Shown here piece after piece: positions 41,136 through 51,444 of a stretch of 64,000 bases of DNA; position 1 is the stretch's first letter; each line of letters opens with the position of its first letter. The stretch is from sequence record PP712906.1, one strand, 5' to 3'. The notes under the pieces are model-generated. The model had not been told where the DNA came from. It did no database searches and worked only from the letters and a program-made list of their open reading frames with translations. A program made the position numbers and the translations under genes.

Positions 41136-43105
41136 TAGTTCACGTTACCTCTTGTAGACGGGATCTTAGCTTCACCACTTGTAGTCAATGGACGAGTGAA
41201 GTTGGTTGTATTTTGCACTGAGCTTACAGCGTTGTTGACGAAGTTCGTCCCAACTTCTTTTGTTTGCTGTGCTGCTCTGTATGCTGCTTCACGCGCTGCT
41301 ACAGCTTCTAAGATTACTGAACGCTTAATCTCTTGGAATGGCTTAATCAACCCCTCTTCAATCATGCGTTGTCTCTCAGCCGCAACGATAGCGTCTTCTT
41401 GCATTTGCTTCTTCTCAACTTCAGCCGCTAGGAACTTGTCTAACGATTCGGTTGAACTTGCTAATGACTCGACTGGTCGTTTGATTGCATCGGCAGCGTT
41501 CTTAGCACCGTCTATAACCGCTTGTGCTGTATTCTTAGCACCGTCTACGATCATATCCCCTGCTTTCCCTAGATAGTCAGTTTGATAGCGTGCATTGAGT
41601 CTGTCCTTGACTTCAGCCTTGCTTGCGTCAATACGCGCTCGGTTGCCTTCGATGTCTGCGCCAGCAATGAACTTCTCCATGCCTTCCGACTTCAGAAAAT
41701 CAGGTAGTGCATTTAATGCATTCACGACGAACTCTTTAACGTTTAACATTAGGTCATCTATTGCTAACATAAGAAGTCTGAATGAGTCAGGAATTGATAG
41801 CCAACTTGCAATGATCTTGTTAACCGCATTGACATACATTTGAAACGCACTTCTAACGAAAGAAGTTACTTTCTCGAAGCCAGATACGATTCCCTCAACT
41901 GCGCCTTCTGGTACAGCGTCTTTGATGTTTTCGCCTACGATTCCAAACCATTCACCAATCCCTCGAACCATATCCGTGAACCAGTTCGAGATTATACTGA
42001 ATAGCATTGCTCGTTTTTCGGGGTCGCTAAAAATGTTCTTCAACGCGCCGAAGATTCTGTCTAGCTCTTCTTCGAAGATTTTGTAAATACCATAACCTGC
42101 AACCATTGCAACTAGAGCCGCTGGGTTTAGCATTATCGCAACCATTCTACCTAGACCCAAGAACAATTGACGAACAACCGTCCACATCCACCCTTTTATG
42201 GTGCCGCTCATATCAGTAGCAAGTGCTTGAACGATATTACCCGTTCCTTTACTGAACTTACCGAATCCTAGAAGAATGTTAGATGCGATTTTCCCGAGTG
42301 TTCCGAATTTTGTTGCAGTCGAAGCAGCCATTGCCATTGATGTACTAAATGTCACCAATTGACCACCTAACATAACCAACCCAACACCGACAAGTCTGAA
42401 TAATTTAGCAATCCAGCCTAGTTTTTCACCAGCAAGGTGATTCGCGATACGTCGCAGATCACTAGCTTGATTGCGCTGAACTTTCATATTCTCTTTGTAG
42501 CGTAGTTGTTCAGTCTTACGATTGCGAGTTTCGGTAACTACTTGATACGCGAAAATCTTCTTGTACAATGCGCTTATAAAGCCCACAGTCAACGGAGCGT
42601 TGTTACCCGCACCGTTCTGTAGGAAACTGTTTAAATCGTCGGCAGCCGTCTTCTGAAGCCCTATAACGCGCTTCATGTCGTTGACTCTAAAGATCAGACG
42701 TTCAAACCAACGATTAAAGCCCTCCTGCATACGTGCGAACTGCATTTTTGCAGTTAAGCGCATTTCTTGAATGCCACGATCAATGCGAGACAAATGTCCT
42801 TTAAAGTCAAGAGTAGTCTTGATAATATCCGTTAGTGATATAATCGAAGCACGAACTTTATTGGAAGTTTGCTCAAAGTTTTCGATAACGCGCTGAAACA
42901 GATTCTTTTGCTGCGCCACCGCCTTTTCGTTTGTTTTAAACACCGACTGCATAGTTTCGAGCATAGACGTGGTCGTAATATCAATGTTGTTGATATGACG
43001 AGCGACACGCTGCATCGTATACACTTCAGGTCGGTCTTCTTGTTGGAGAATGATATGATCTAATCTTCCGATTATCTCATTCATTTTCTTGTCGTCAGCC
43101 GCCAT
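41135..43105 (-). CDS. probable tape measure / baseplate hub protein (gp29-like)
   Basis: 656-aa helical protein with hydrophobic middle, located after gp26 and gp51. Confidence 0.6.
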   Translation of the reverse strand: MAADDKKMNEIIGRLDHIILQQEDRPEVYTMQRVARHINNIDITTTSMLETMQSVFKTNEKAVAQQKNLFQRVIENFEQTSNKVRASIISLTDIIKTTLDFKGHLSRIDRGIQEMRLTAKMQFARMQEGFNRWFERLIFRVNDMKRVIGLQKTAADDLNSFLQNGAGNNAPLTVGFISALYKKIFAYQVVTETRNRKTEQLRYKENMKVQRNQASDLRRIANHLAGEKLGWIAKLFRLVGVGLVMLGGQLVTFSTSMAMAASTATKFGTLGKIASNILLGFGKFSKGTGNIVQALATDMSGTIKGWMWTVVRQLFLGLGRMVAIMLNPAALVAMVAGYGIYKIFEEELDRIFGALKNIFSDPEKRAMLFSIISNWFTDMVRGIGEWFGIVGENIKDAVPEGAVEGIVSGFEKVTSFVRSAFQMYVNAVNKIIASWLSIPDSFRLLMLAIDDLMLNVKEFVVNALNALPDFLKSEGMEKFIAGADIEGNRARIDASKAEVKDRLNARYQTDYLGKAGDMIVDGAKNTAQAVIDGAKNAADAIKRPVESLASSTESLDKFLAAEVEKKQMQEDAIVAAERQRMIEEGLIKPFQEIKRSVILEAVAAREAAYRAAQQTKEVGTNFVNNAVSSVQNTTNFTRPLTTSGEAKIPSTRGNVN

Positions 43106-43272
43106 TATTGTTGTTCCTTATTCTTTTCTTGAATGTAATGTATAAGCTGTGCGGCATAGATTTCACGCTCGAATAGAACCATCGTTTCTAAGTCGTGAAG
43201 AGAAAAATTGCCATGAGTGATCATGGCAAAGTTTTCCTTGTAATACTCTTCGAGTGAGTATCTACCGAGCAT
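43105..43272 (-). CDS. 51: baseplate hub assembly catalyst (55 aa; not in ORF track)
   Basis: MLGRYSLEEYYKENFAMITHGNFSLHDLETMVLFEREIY...; TAATG coupling on both sides. Confidence 0.75.
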   Translation of the reverse strand: MLGRYSLEEYYKENFAMITHGNFSLHDLETMVLFEREIYAAQLIHYIQEKNKEQQ

Positions 43273-44120
43273 TATACGAAAAAATCTTCGATGCCTCTTA
43301 GCGTAACTTTCTCGTGATTACCACACTTAGGACATTTCACGTCAACGTATGTCGTGATTCGTGGAACTGAATCGACGAATGTCTGAACTTTTTTGAATGC
43401 TGCCGTATCAAGTTCGCCCATGATGTTCACAAGCTGCCCTTGCTCTTCAAGTTCTTCTTTGGTGTAAACGGTATCACCGACATGAACTTCTTTGATTGAT
43501 TCAACCGCAATATTGAACAGACCTTGTGGTGTATTCGGGTCGTTGTTCTCATACACTCGAATTGTCGGGTGTTGGAGTTTGATGACAACTTTTGGGTTGA
43601 CTCTAACTGTATCTTCACCTGTAAATTCAGGCACGAATGCAGCTTTCAAGTCGATGTTGGTTCTGATACGTTCACCGCATAAGTGCTTCTCAGGTGCAAA
43701 CACTGCTTCAATCGCTTCTTCGTTTGATTGATTCATAATCTCGGCAAAAATATCATCAGCAGATTTAGCCAGTTCAGCCTCTTCTTCTTCAGAAAGCTTT
43801 TGAAGTTCTTCTTCTGACTTCGGAGCACAGCAGTTGTATTCTGCTTGAATGTTAGTCACACCGTTACTGTTCATATACATGTGCAGGAACAGATACTCAG
43901 AGTCACCGACCGTCAGGTCATCCATTTTGATGTCAGATACAATGCAGTTTTCAAGACACTGTTCGATTGCGTCAATCTTCTCATCAGATTCATTTGCGAT
44001 AAGCAATGCTTTATGCTCTTTTGCAAGCATTGCACGCAGTTTAATTTCTTCACCAGTTGATGGTAGTTTTACAGTATATTGTGGCGCAGCAAGTACGCTA
44101 ATATCAAATGCTTTAGTCAT
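43272..44120 (-). CDS. 26: baseplate hub subunit
   Basis: P.Y...LPSTG..I..R, D...L.V.D.EYLFL, C-terminal CPKC and I.DFF. Confidence 0.85.
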   Translation of the reverse strand: MTKAFDISVLAAPQYTVKLPSTGEEIKLRAMLAKEHKALLIANESDEKIDAIEQCLENCIVSDIKMDDLTVGDSEYLFLHMYMNSNGVTNIQAEYNCCAPKSEEELQKLSEEEEAELAKSADDIFAEIMNQSNEEAIEAVFAPEKHLCGERIRTNIDLKAAFVPEFTGEDTVRVNPKVVIKLQHPTIRVYENNDPNTPQGLFNIAVESIKEVHVGDTVYTKEELEEQGQLVNIMGELDTAAFKKVQTFVDSVPRITTYVDVKCPKCGNHEKVTLRGIEDFFV

Positions 44121-44131
44121 GATGTTTTACC

Positions 44132-44878
44132 TTAGAATAGACCTGAAATGGCTTCAGCGCCTGTATTGAAAAAGCTGTTATATGTTTTCTCGAAGTTTTG
44201 AGTAATACCCAGTTTATCCGAGATTGTGCTTGATAGATCTTCAGTCATGTATGTTGCGCTTTCGTAAACAAACTCGACTTCGAATTCAGCCACGGCGTTG
44301 TTATTCTCGTATCCTAACTGAACCCCACCTACTCGAATCGGATACGCATTCTTCAAGCTAGTCATTGTAACCATTTCTGCGTTACGATTGTATGTGTAAA
44401 TCTCAATTGTTCGAGCATAGTTCGAGAAGAAACCGACTTGAGCAGAGTCATTTGAATAAATCTGCTTAAACCAACCAAGTAACATTTTACGTTCTGGGTG
44501 TGTTGGTGACAGATACAATGACATGGTCACTGTTTCGTCGGTTTTCGCTTTTACTACGTGATGTGGCTTACGTCGAGTTTTATCTACGTCAGTTTCGTAT
44601 GACGACCCTGGGATATTAACTGATTTCACCATCATTCCGATGTTTCGTTCGAACTCAAACCCTGAGCCGAAAAGAGAAGCAGTTGACGCAAGGGCATCTT
44701 GTACCCCTACGCCTTTGATGTCTGAAAAGTCAGCATTCAAAAATGACTCGCCTGTATTCATCAACTGCTTTGCTGTATCTTGTAGCGATGCAAATCGCAC
44801 CGCATACAAGTTTTGTCTGGCTAAGTCGTTCTTTGTAATTTGAGATAAGAACTTCTTAACATCTATTCCGATTGCCAT
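44132..44878 (-). CDS. 54: baseplate tail tube initiator
   Basis: DLAR.N.Y.V, VNIPG, L.NAYP..V tube-fold motifs. Confidence 0.75.
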   Translation of the reverse strand: MAIGIDVKKFLSQITKNDLARQNLYAVRFASLQDTAKQLMNTGESFLNADFSDIKGVGVQDALASTASLFGSGFEFERNIGMMVKSVNIPGSSYETDVDKTRRKPHHVVKAKTDETVTMSLYLSPTHPERKMLLGWFKQIYSNDSAQVGFFSNYARTIEIYTYNRNAEMVTMTSLKNAYPIRVGGVQLGYENNNAVAEFEVEFVYESATYMTEDLSSTISDKLGITQNFEKTYNSFFNTGAEAISGLF

Positions 44879-44881
44879 TCG

Positions 44882-45478
44882 TTATCTCCTTCTATAACGA
44901 TCATCGTAAGCACGAACAGCAGAAATGTTGCGACCATTTTTAGCAACGAATTGTTGCAATGGCATGTGAATAACGTTGTACCAGTCATGTGGCTTGACTT
45001 CTTCAAGCGACCCTTTAATTCGCTTGAGAATGTATAATTTCACCATATGTTTACTGAACTTGATGTTTTTCACTCGACCCCAATCGATCATTAATCGTGT
45101 GGAGTTGCTCACTGTTTTCGTGTTAGCATATCTAAGTAATGTGGTTAAAAATTTCTCGCGATCTTTGGGTGGGATGTAATGCAAGTTCAAGCCTAGCATA
45201 TAGCCTTTTTGTTGCCCCAAGCAGATGATGCACGGAAATTTATCCCAGTATGGTAACTGGTGTTTAGTTTTTGCGTCGTACGCGAAAACATACATGTTGC
45301 CTTTGTGAGGAACTTGCACTTTTCGACTACGAATTGCATCATGAACGCGCTTTTTGAACCACGCCAGTGATTTGCGCTGATTCTTTGCAATTGGAGTACG
45401 ACCAAGCTCGTGTGTTTGAGCCTTGAAGCTATCAAGAAGACTTTCTTTTTTCTTCTTTGCTCTTTCTGGTCTAGCCAT
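44882..45478 (-). CDS. 2: DNA end protector
   Basis: G.MY.F.YDAKTK..LPYWD.FP, GLNLHY.PP. Confidence 0.93.
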   Translation of the reverse strand: MARPERAKKKKESLLDSFKAQTHELGRTPIAKNQRKSLAWFKKRVHDAIRSRKVQVPHKGNMYVFAYDAKTKHQLPYWDKFPCIICLGQQKGYMLGLNLHYIPPKDREKFLTTLLRYANTKTVSNSTRLMIDWGRVKNIKFSKHMVKLYILKRIKGSLEEVKPHDWYNVIHMPLQQFVAKNGRNISAVRAYDDRYRRR

Positions 45479-45933
45479 TACACTCTCAGTCCTATTAGTT
45501 TACGAAGTCCGACTTCAGTCAAGACTTTGAATTGCCATCCTTTCTGCTTTGCGAATTTAATCGCAGCAGCCCACTTATCTTGGTTTACTTGATACGTATA
45601 TATCTCTTTCAGTAAACGCTTCTTAGCCTTTTCAGTAAGTCTCTGTGGTTTCTCGGGTGGCAATGTTTCTTTGTTGGGTTTGATCTCGAATATGAATTCT
45701 CGACCGTCACTGAACTTCACGTAAAAGTCCATGAAATATCTACGTTTTTTCCCACCGTCAGCAGAACTAACATAAGGGATAACGATTTCTTCAGAGTTCC
45801 AGCGAACTACATGCGGGTTGTTGTCACACCAGCGCATGAAAGACAATTCCCATGAGCTTCTGTACTCAATTTTCTGATAGTTGCCTTTGTATTTCGATTT
45901 GTTTGTTGGAACGTATTTGCCAGAATATGCCAT
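45478..45933 (-). CDS. 4: head completion nuclease
   Basis: MAYSGKY.P.N..KY.G, YRSSWE, W.SEE..IPY, RYFMDF, EIKP. Confidence 0.95.
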   Translation of the reverse strand: MAYSGKYVPTNKSKYKGNYQKIEYRSSWELSFMRWCDNNPHVVRWNSEEIVIPYVSSADGGKKRRYFMDFYVKFSDGREFIFEIKPNKETLPPEKPQRLTEKAKKRLLKEIYTYQVNQDKWAAAIKFAKQKGWQFKVLTEVGLRKLIGLRV

Positions 45934-45951
45934 AAAACGCCTCCTTTCATT

Positions 45952-45973
45952 TATTTAGTATCGAGTCTAAATA
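45952..45973. promoter_or_regulatory. divergent late promoters
   Basis: ACTAAATA (-) at 45952-45959 and TCTAAATA (+) at 45966-45973. Confidence 0.55.
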
Positions 45974-45999
45974 CAGATATATTTTAAAGGAGATCTAAC

Positions 46000-47139
46000 A
46001 TGGGATTTTTAAGTTACGTCGGTCTTAGCGGAAAACAAAGTGATACTCTTGATCGTGTACTGTCTTTTGATGGAGGCGTTGAAAGTAGTACAACTGAGAT
46101 TACCCAAGACACAGATCAGGGCAGAGTTAGCACGTCTAATATAGTTGCACTGACATATCCGCCCAATCTTGGCGCGAGATCTGGACACTCGAACTTTTTT
46201 ATTTTTCGAGCGTATGACTTGGCTAGCACAACAAAGCAACATTACACTGACATGCGGCAGTCATTCACAGCATCATCGAAAGAATCTAAGCAGGCGTCTG
46301 AAATTCCTAGTGAGTTGATGGCGACTATGGCTCTTTACGCGCCAAACTTAGTTGAAGAAGTTTCGCATGAATATGACAAAACACCGACTTCAGTTTTGAA
46401 TGACTTCTTAGCCGCTGCCGCTACAGCAGCCGGTGCAGATACTGTTTCTCAGGGTGTAGAAGCGGGTAAGAAAGCCGTATCAACCGCAGCCGGTGCTACG
46501 TTAGCACAGATCAAGCGTTCGTTCATTCAATCAAATGCTGCCGGTCAGCTTGAGAAGAACAGCAGCGTAGTTACGGATAACGTTACTGTAACTGCGTACA
46601 AAGGGACCGCTCAACGTCAGCAAACATTGATGTATCAATTTCACCCGAAATCACTAGATGAACTGAAGATCGTCGGTGAGGTCATCAAAACATTCTATCG
46701 ACTTTCTCTACCAGTGAAAGGTCAGATTAGTTCTGATTTGCTAGATACTGGTAATGCTGCATTGGGTTCAGGGTTTTCAAATGGCTTTGCGAAGTATGCA
46801 ACGCTATTGAAGACGCCGCCAGTGTGGATGATTGAAGAAGTTTCAGATGTTGACGCGACACGACACACCCCGAGATTCGTTTTCGGACCCGCGGGTATCA
46901 CGTCGGTGAAATTAAACAGAACACCAGATCAGTATTGGCGCACATTTCGCGGTACAGCAGGCGACCCAGCAGGTATTGAACTTGAAGTAACATTCACTGA
47001 GCTTATCCCTATGGATCGTGCAATGTACGAGCGAGATCAAGCAAGTAGCATTCGTGGTTACGACAACGGTACCACTACTGCAAGTGGTAACAGTAATGAT
47101 TCTGGTTCATTCTTTGGTGATATTGGGAGTTTATTCTAA
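46000..47139 (+). CDS. 48: baseplate tail tube cap
   Basis: R.Q.L.YQF.PKS..E, P.V, FGPA.ITSV...TPD, IELE.TF.E. Confidence 0.8.
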   Translation: MGFLSYVGLSGKQSDTLDRVLSFDGGVESSTTEITQDTDQGRVSTSNIVALTYPPNLGARSGHSNFFIFRAYDLASTTKQHYTDMRQSFTASSKESKQASEIPSELMATMALYAPNLVEEVSHEYDKTPTSVLNDFLAAAATAAGADTVSQGVEAGKKAVSTAAGATLAQIKRSFIQSNAAGQLEKNSSVVTDNVTVTAYKGTAQRQQTLMYQFHPKSLDELKIVGEVIKTFYRLSLPVKGQISSDLLDTGNAALGSGFSNGFAKYATLLKTPPVWMIEEVSDVDATRHTPRFVFGPAGITSVKLNRTPDQYWRTFRGTAGDPAGIELEVTFTELIPMDRAMYERDQASSIRGYDNGTTTASGNSNDSGSFFGDIGSLF

Positions 47140-47717
47140 TGATTTTCGCGATATTTGACAAGACTGAATATCTTGGTGTTGAGACTGCGAATATTTTCAA
47201 GAATTTGAATTATTATCATAAGCAGATCATCCCATCATTCACGACTATTCAGTACAAAATCAGGGGCGACTATCGCCCCGAACAGATTGCATATGAACTG
47301 TATGGCGATACGTCGTTATACTGGTTGATTATGCTTCTAAACGAACGAGTTGACCCTTTTTATGATTGGGTTCAGCCCAACGAATCAGTTTCTGAGAACG
47401 CTATTTATCGTTATCAGTTTATTGGCGGCAACGAGCAAGTTCATCATCACGTAGATGAGCAAGGTCGATGGTGGTATGACGTGGTCGAAGACCCAGAAAA
47501 TCCTCGAAATTGGTACAATAAATTCGATTGGGAAAACAACGCGCCTGAAGAAGGGCAGGAAGATTATCGTGAGCTTCTATATCACGGCGTGATGATCCCT
47601 GTTTCCGTTGACGAATATGAATTCAACCGAAACGAAGAAAATCGCGTAATCAATGTACTATCGAGGGATGATGTTAGTACTTACATTAGCACATTCATGA
47701 AATTAGCAGGGGTATAA
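47139..47717 (+). CDS. 53: baseplate wedge subunit
   Basis: RPEQIAYELYG...LYW.I.L.N...DP.YDW, NE..R.I..L. Confidence 0.9.
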   Translation: MIFAIFDKTEYLGVETANIFKNLNYYHKQIIPSFTTIQYKIRGDYRPEQIAYELYGDTSLYWLIMLLNERVDPFYDWVQPNESVSENAIYRYQFIGGNEQVHHHVDEQGRWWYDVVEDPENPRNWYNKFDWENNAPEEGQEDYRELLYHGVMIPVSVDEYEFNRNEENRVINVLSRDDVSTYISTFMKLAGV

Positions 47718-47718
47718 C

Positions 47719-48990
47719 ATGTTTGAAATGCGCTCCGCTAACCCAATTGAGAACTTTGTGGTTAGCAAGATTCACATACGCGGTCTTGATTTTGCAGCGT
47801 CGGTGGAGAATGAAATCACACACATGGAAATTTATGAATCGCTTAACGGGTTGGTTTCTGGCATGTTCATGTTCAAGGATTCGGTTGGCGTCGTTGACAC
47901 AATTCGAATGACTGGATTTGAAGCAATTGACGTTGAATTTGCGTCGTATGTCGGGGAGCAAGCAAACCGAGTCTATCAAAAATCATTTCGTGCAACGGGT
48001 ATTTCTAGAATGCCCGCACGTACTGGTGGATTTGAGACTGTATTGGTGCGTTTCACAAATAACTTACTGACTCTTAACGATTACGTTAAAAGACCTTATG
48101 TGTTCAAGAAGACTAGTATTTCGAATATCATAAAAGCTATTTTGGATAATCTAGGCGATGAGAAGCCAAAATATGAAATTGAAACGTCGTTATATCAACG
48201 CGATTTTGTGACTAAGATCGGTAAACCGTACGACATCATCCAAAGCATCGTCGATCATGCTAGTACCGACGTGAATAATAGTTGTAAATTCATGTTTTAT
48301 GAAGATCGCGACTCAGTTAAATTCGCATCACTCGGGTCAATTCGTGACAAAGAATACGAATACATCATCCGTAAGGGTGCTGATACCGGCGATGGTAAAT
48401 GGACATCAGGTAACACGAATACAATCACAGCATTACGAGTTGTGGTGAAAGAACAATCTAATATGCACGAGATTTCTAGTGGTTTATTCGGTTCTAGAAC
48501 ATATTCTCATAGTTTAATTCGCAAGAAATTGACTACAAAAGATGTTCGTCGAAATGATTATATCGCGCAAGTTGGTATTTTGAATGACCGCGCTCATATG
48601 TACACGAATGAACTTGAGTTTGCAAGTGAAGTTCCTGAAACTGAACAGCCATTGAACAGTATTCAGCTACTACCAAACGATGGTTTTTACGAGCATGACA
48701 ACAAACATCCACTAGGGTCTATTCACGGCGTATCTCTTATGGAAGAGACGTATTTGAAAGCTAAACAGATCATCGTTGAAATACCCGGGAACACTAACAT
48801 CACGGTTGGTGACGTTGTATTTCTTGATTATCACGCGGTGACGGGTGAGAATCATTCTAGTTTAGACGCATCGGGTCGTTGGATTGTTCATGAGTTGAAG
48901 CACCGTGTTGAACCCAACTCATTTATAACCACTCTTGAATTGTCTAGTGATTCATCGGTTAATATCGCAATTGCGGGGAGCAAGAAATAA
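47719..48990 (+). CDS. 27: baseplate hub subunit
   Basis: IYES..G..SG...F.D, F.FYED, I.G......GD.V, G.W.V..L.H. Confidence 0.75.
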   Translation: MFEMRSANPIENFVVSKIHIRGLDFAASVENEITHMEIYESLNGLVSGMFMFKDSVGVVDTIRMTGFEAIDVEFASYVGEQANRVYQKSFRATGISRMPARTGGFETVLVRFTNNLLTLNDYVKRPYVFKKTSISNIIKAILDNLGDEKPKYEIETSLYQRDFVTKIGKPYDIIQSIVDHASTDVNNSCKFMFYEDRDSVKFASLGSIRDKEYEYIIRKGADTGDGKWTSGNTNTITALRVVVKEQSNMHEISSGLFGSRTYSHSLIRKKLTTKDVRRNDYIAQVGILNDRAHMYTNELEFASEVPETEQPLNSIQLLPNDGFYEHDNKHPLGSIHGVSLMEETYLKAKQIIVEIPGNTNITVGDVVFLDYHAVTGENHSSLDASGRWIVHELKHRVEPNSFITTLELSSDSSVNIAIAGSKK

Positions 48991-50255
48991 TGTTTATGGG
49001 ATTAGATGGGTTTGAGTGGTGGACTGGCGTTGTCGAAGATCGAACAACCGACCCACTCAAACTTGGTAGAATTAAAGTTCGAATGATTGGTCTGCACCCA
49101 GATAAGAAAAGTTCAGAACAAGGTATTCGAACTGAAGAACTGCTTTGGGTTCATCCCATGCAGTCTCTTGATAATGCAGCAATGAACGGAATCGGGAATG
49201 CTCCTATAGGCGTCGTTGAGGGAACGTGGGTTTTTGGTTTCTTCAGAGACAAGTTGCGTCAAGATGCAGTCGCCATGGGTGTATTGCCCGGGATTCCCGA
49301 AGATTTGCCGAACGGTAGCGTTGGGTTTAATGACCCGAATGAGAAATATCCGTTAGCAGATAAGCTTAATGAGCCAGATACAAACCGTCTAGCTCGTAAT
49401 GACGTTGACCCTGACGTATATGACGAAAGTCAATCCCAGACTGCGTTTGATAACGGCGAAGCGCCTTATGTATATCGACCGCACCCGATCATTGCAAGTA
49501 AACGAGCGGCTGAAGAGAAAGAAATCCCGCTTGCTGGTTACAATGCAGAGGGTCCGAAGTACGATGAGAAAGTTACTCCGTATGCAGCACAGTACCCATA
49601 CAATCATGTTCGTGAATCGGAATCAGGTCACATTCATGAGATTGATGACACAGAGGGGGCGGAGCGTCTTCATACGTATCATAGAACTGGGACGTTTGAA
49701 GAAATTCACCCAGATGGTAGCCGAGTTACAAAGATTGTAGGTGATGATTTTGAGATTGTTCATAAAAATCAAAACGTGTACATCAAAGGTAATTTGAATA
49801 TCACAGTTGTGGGTGACGCGACTTTTTATTGTCAGCAAAACGTTACTCAACAGATTGACGGTGATTTGAAACAACATGTCAAGGGTAATGTAGATCAGCA
49901 TGTAGAAATGAACGTAACTCAGACAGTTGACCAAGATGTGACTCAAGTCGTTCATCAGAACGTTACACAAACCGTCGATATGAATGTCACTCAGACAGTG
50001 CATCAGAACGTTACACAGACGGTTGACGGGAATGTTAGTCAAACTGTGGGCGGTAACGTTCAAAGTAACGTCACGGGCGATTACACGCAGAATATCAGCG
50101 GTAATTACACAATCACAGTGGGCGGTTCTATGTCTGAAAGTGTTAGTTCATCGTATACCCGTTCAGCAGCATCAATCAGTGATGATGGTGGTGGCGCAAC
50201 TTTGAATTTAGCAGGTTCAGCAGCATTGGACGGCACAACAGTAAGTCTAGGTTAA
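48990..50255 (+). CDS. 5: baseplate hub spike without lysozyme domain
   Basis: OB fold W..GVVEDR.DPLKLGR.KVR, YPYNHV.ESESGH, 8-aa VxxNxxxx beta-helix repeats. Confidence 0.92.
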   Translation: MFMGLDGFEWWTGVVEDRTTDPLKLGRIKVRMIGLHPDKKSSEQGIRTEELLWVHPMQSLDNAAMNGIGNAPIGVVEGTWVFGFFRDKLRQDAVAMGVLPGIPEDLPNGSVGFNDPNEKYPLADKLNEPDTNRLARNDVDPDVYDESQSQTAFDNGEAPYVYRPHPIIASKRAAEEKEIPLAGYNAEGPKYDEKVTPYAAQYPYNHVRESESGHIHEIDDTEGAERLHTYHRTGTFEEIHPDGSRVTKIVGDDFEIVHKNQNVYIKGNLNITVVGDATFYCQQNVTQQIDGDLKQHVKGNVDQHVEMNVTQTVDQDVTQVVHQNVTQTVDMNVTQTVHQNVTQTVDGNVSQTVGGNVQSNVTGDYTQNISGNYTITVGGSMSESVSSSYTRSAASISDDGGGATLNLAGSAALDGTTVSLG

Positions 50256-50259
50256 TTGA

Positions 50260-50745
50260 ATGGCTAGTATTACACCAACAACATTGCCAATCATTGCAGA
50301 GGGTGAGAACGTCGATGTGACGTTCTCCGCTGTTATGGATGAAGGCGAAACATTAGTTGACATAAACATCACGAATTTTATACCAAATACGGGTATCACG
50401 ATTGTGGGTGCTCGTTATTACGGTCAATATCAGGATTCGTTTGATTTGGGACCAAGTGGCTTGAAGTATCGCGACACGCGAGACAACAGCTATCATGAAG
50501 TGAGTAAGTTCAGTGATTTACCCGCGAACCCCGCTCATGGTCACGTGTATCGCTTTGAAGCGCCTAGTCCGCTGTCAACTGATTACACATACGAAGTCAC
50601 AGTCAATTACGAGTATGAAGATCCACTTGTGCCTGGTGTTATCGAAGAGCGTCAGCTAATCGAAACATTCAGTCAGATCGTAAAGGGTAAATGGGATAAT
50701 TGGGCACAACAACTTAGGGATTATATAGCAGCGGGAGGTAATTAA
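50260..50745 (+). CDS. gp5.1-like baseplate-associated protein
   Basis: Position between gp5 and the PAAR gene. Confidence 0.6.
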   Translation: MASITPTTLPIIAEGENVDVTFSAVMDEGETLVDINITNFIPNTGITIVGARYYGQYQDSFDLGPSGLKYRDTRDNSYHEVSKFSDLPANPAHGHVYRFEAPSPLSTDYTYEVTVNYEYEDPLVPGVIEERQLIETFSQIVKGKWDNWAQQLRDYIAAGGN

Positions 50746-51041
50746 TGCCAGCTTTAGCAGGTGCAGACGAACCGACTACTGGTCACGGAACATATCCACC
50801 GACAGTAGTAACAGGGGGTAGTGGGAGAGTTACAGTACAAGGCAAACCTGCGTTATCGAAAGATAACATGGTTCATGTTACTCATTGTAACACAGTTCCG
50901 AATCATGATTGTCACGCCGGTAGTGCAGCAACGTTTAGTCCGAAAGTGTTTATTGAGGGGAGTAATGCAATCCGTATCGGCGACACATTGACGTGCGGCG
51001 ATACGGTAGCAGGTGGTGCAGGGAAGGTTACTAGTTCGTAG
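50745..51041 (+). CDS. 5.4: PAAR spike tip
   Basis: TGHG.YPPT, H.THC, CH, IGD.L.CGD. Confidence 0.9.
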   Translation: MPALAGADEPTTGHGTYPPTVVTGGSGRVTVQGKPALSKDNMVHVTHCNTVPNHDCHAGSAATFSPKVFIEGSNAIRIGDTLTCGDTVAGGAGKVTSS

Positions 51042-51390
51042 CGTTGTGCGATTTGATTCGCTCTTCACTATTCAGAGTCGTAACGTCAACTTCTTCAGCT
51101 TTGAATGATTTATCGACCATTTTTGGTGCTTCGACAGTCGTCATTGGATCGACTTTGTATTTTGCAGTGTCGTTTACGACTTCGGTCGCTGTAGGGCGTG
51201 TGATTGGTGATGTGAACACTTTAAACGCACCAGCAGCAAGTGTCAGAACTAGAGCTACTGCAATGATTTTGCCGTAAGGTAGTTTCAAATCAAACTTGAA
51301 GATCTTTGACAAGATGAACGCAACAAGCAAGATTAGCAGTAATGAAACGAATACGCCAACGACTGGTGCGAGAACTAATAAAAATTCCAT
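51031..51390 (-). CDS. membrane protein (2 TM)
   Basis: Two hydrophobic helices; downstream of the SPFH gene. Confidence 0.7.
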   Translation of the reverse strand: MEFLLVLAPVVGVFVSLLLILLVAFILSKIFKFDLKLPYGKIIAVALVLTLAAGAFKVFTSPITRPTATEVVNDTAKYKVDPMTTVEAPKMVDKSFKAEEVDVTTLNSEERIKSHNATN

Positions 51391-51444
51391 TGTATTTTCC
51401 TATTTCGTGTGAAACAAAGGGGCGGCATTGCCGCCCCGTTTTGA

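Noticed and set aside
49860-50130. 24-bp tandem repeats
   Set aside because: Explained by the 8-aa beta-helix repeats of gp5.
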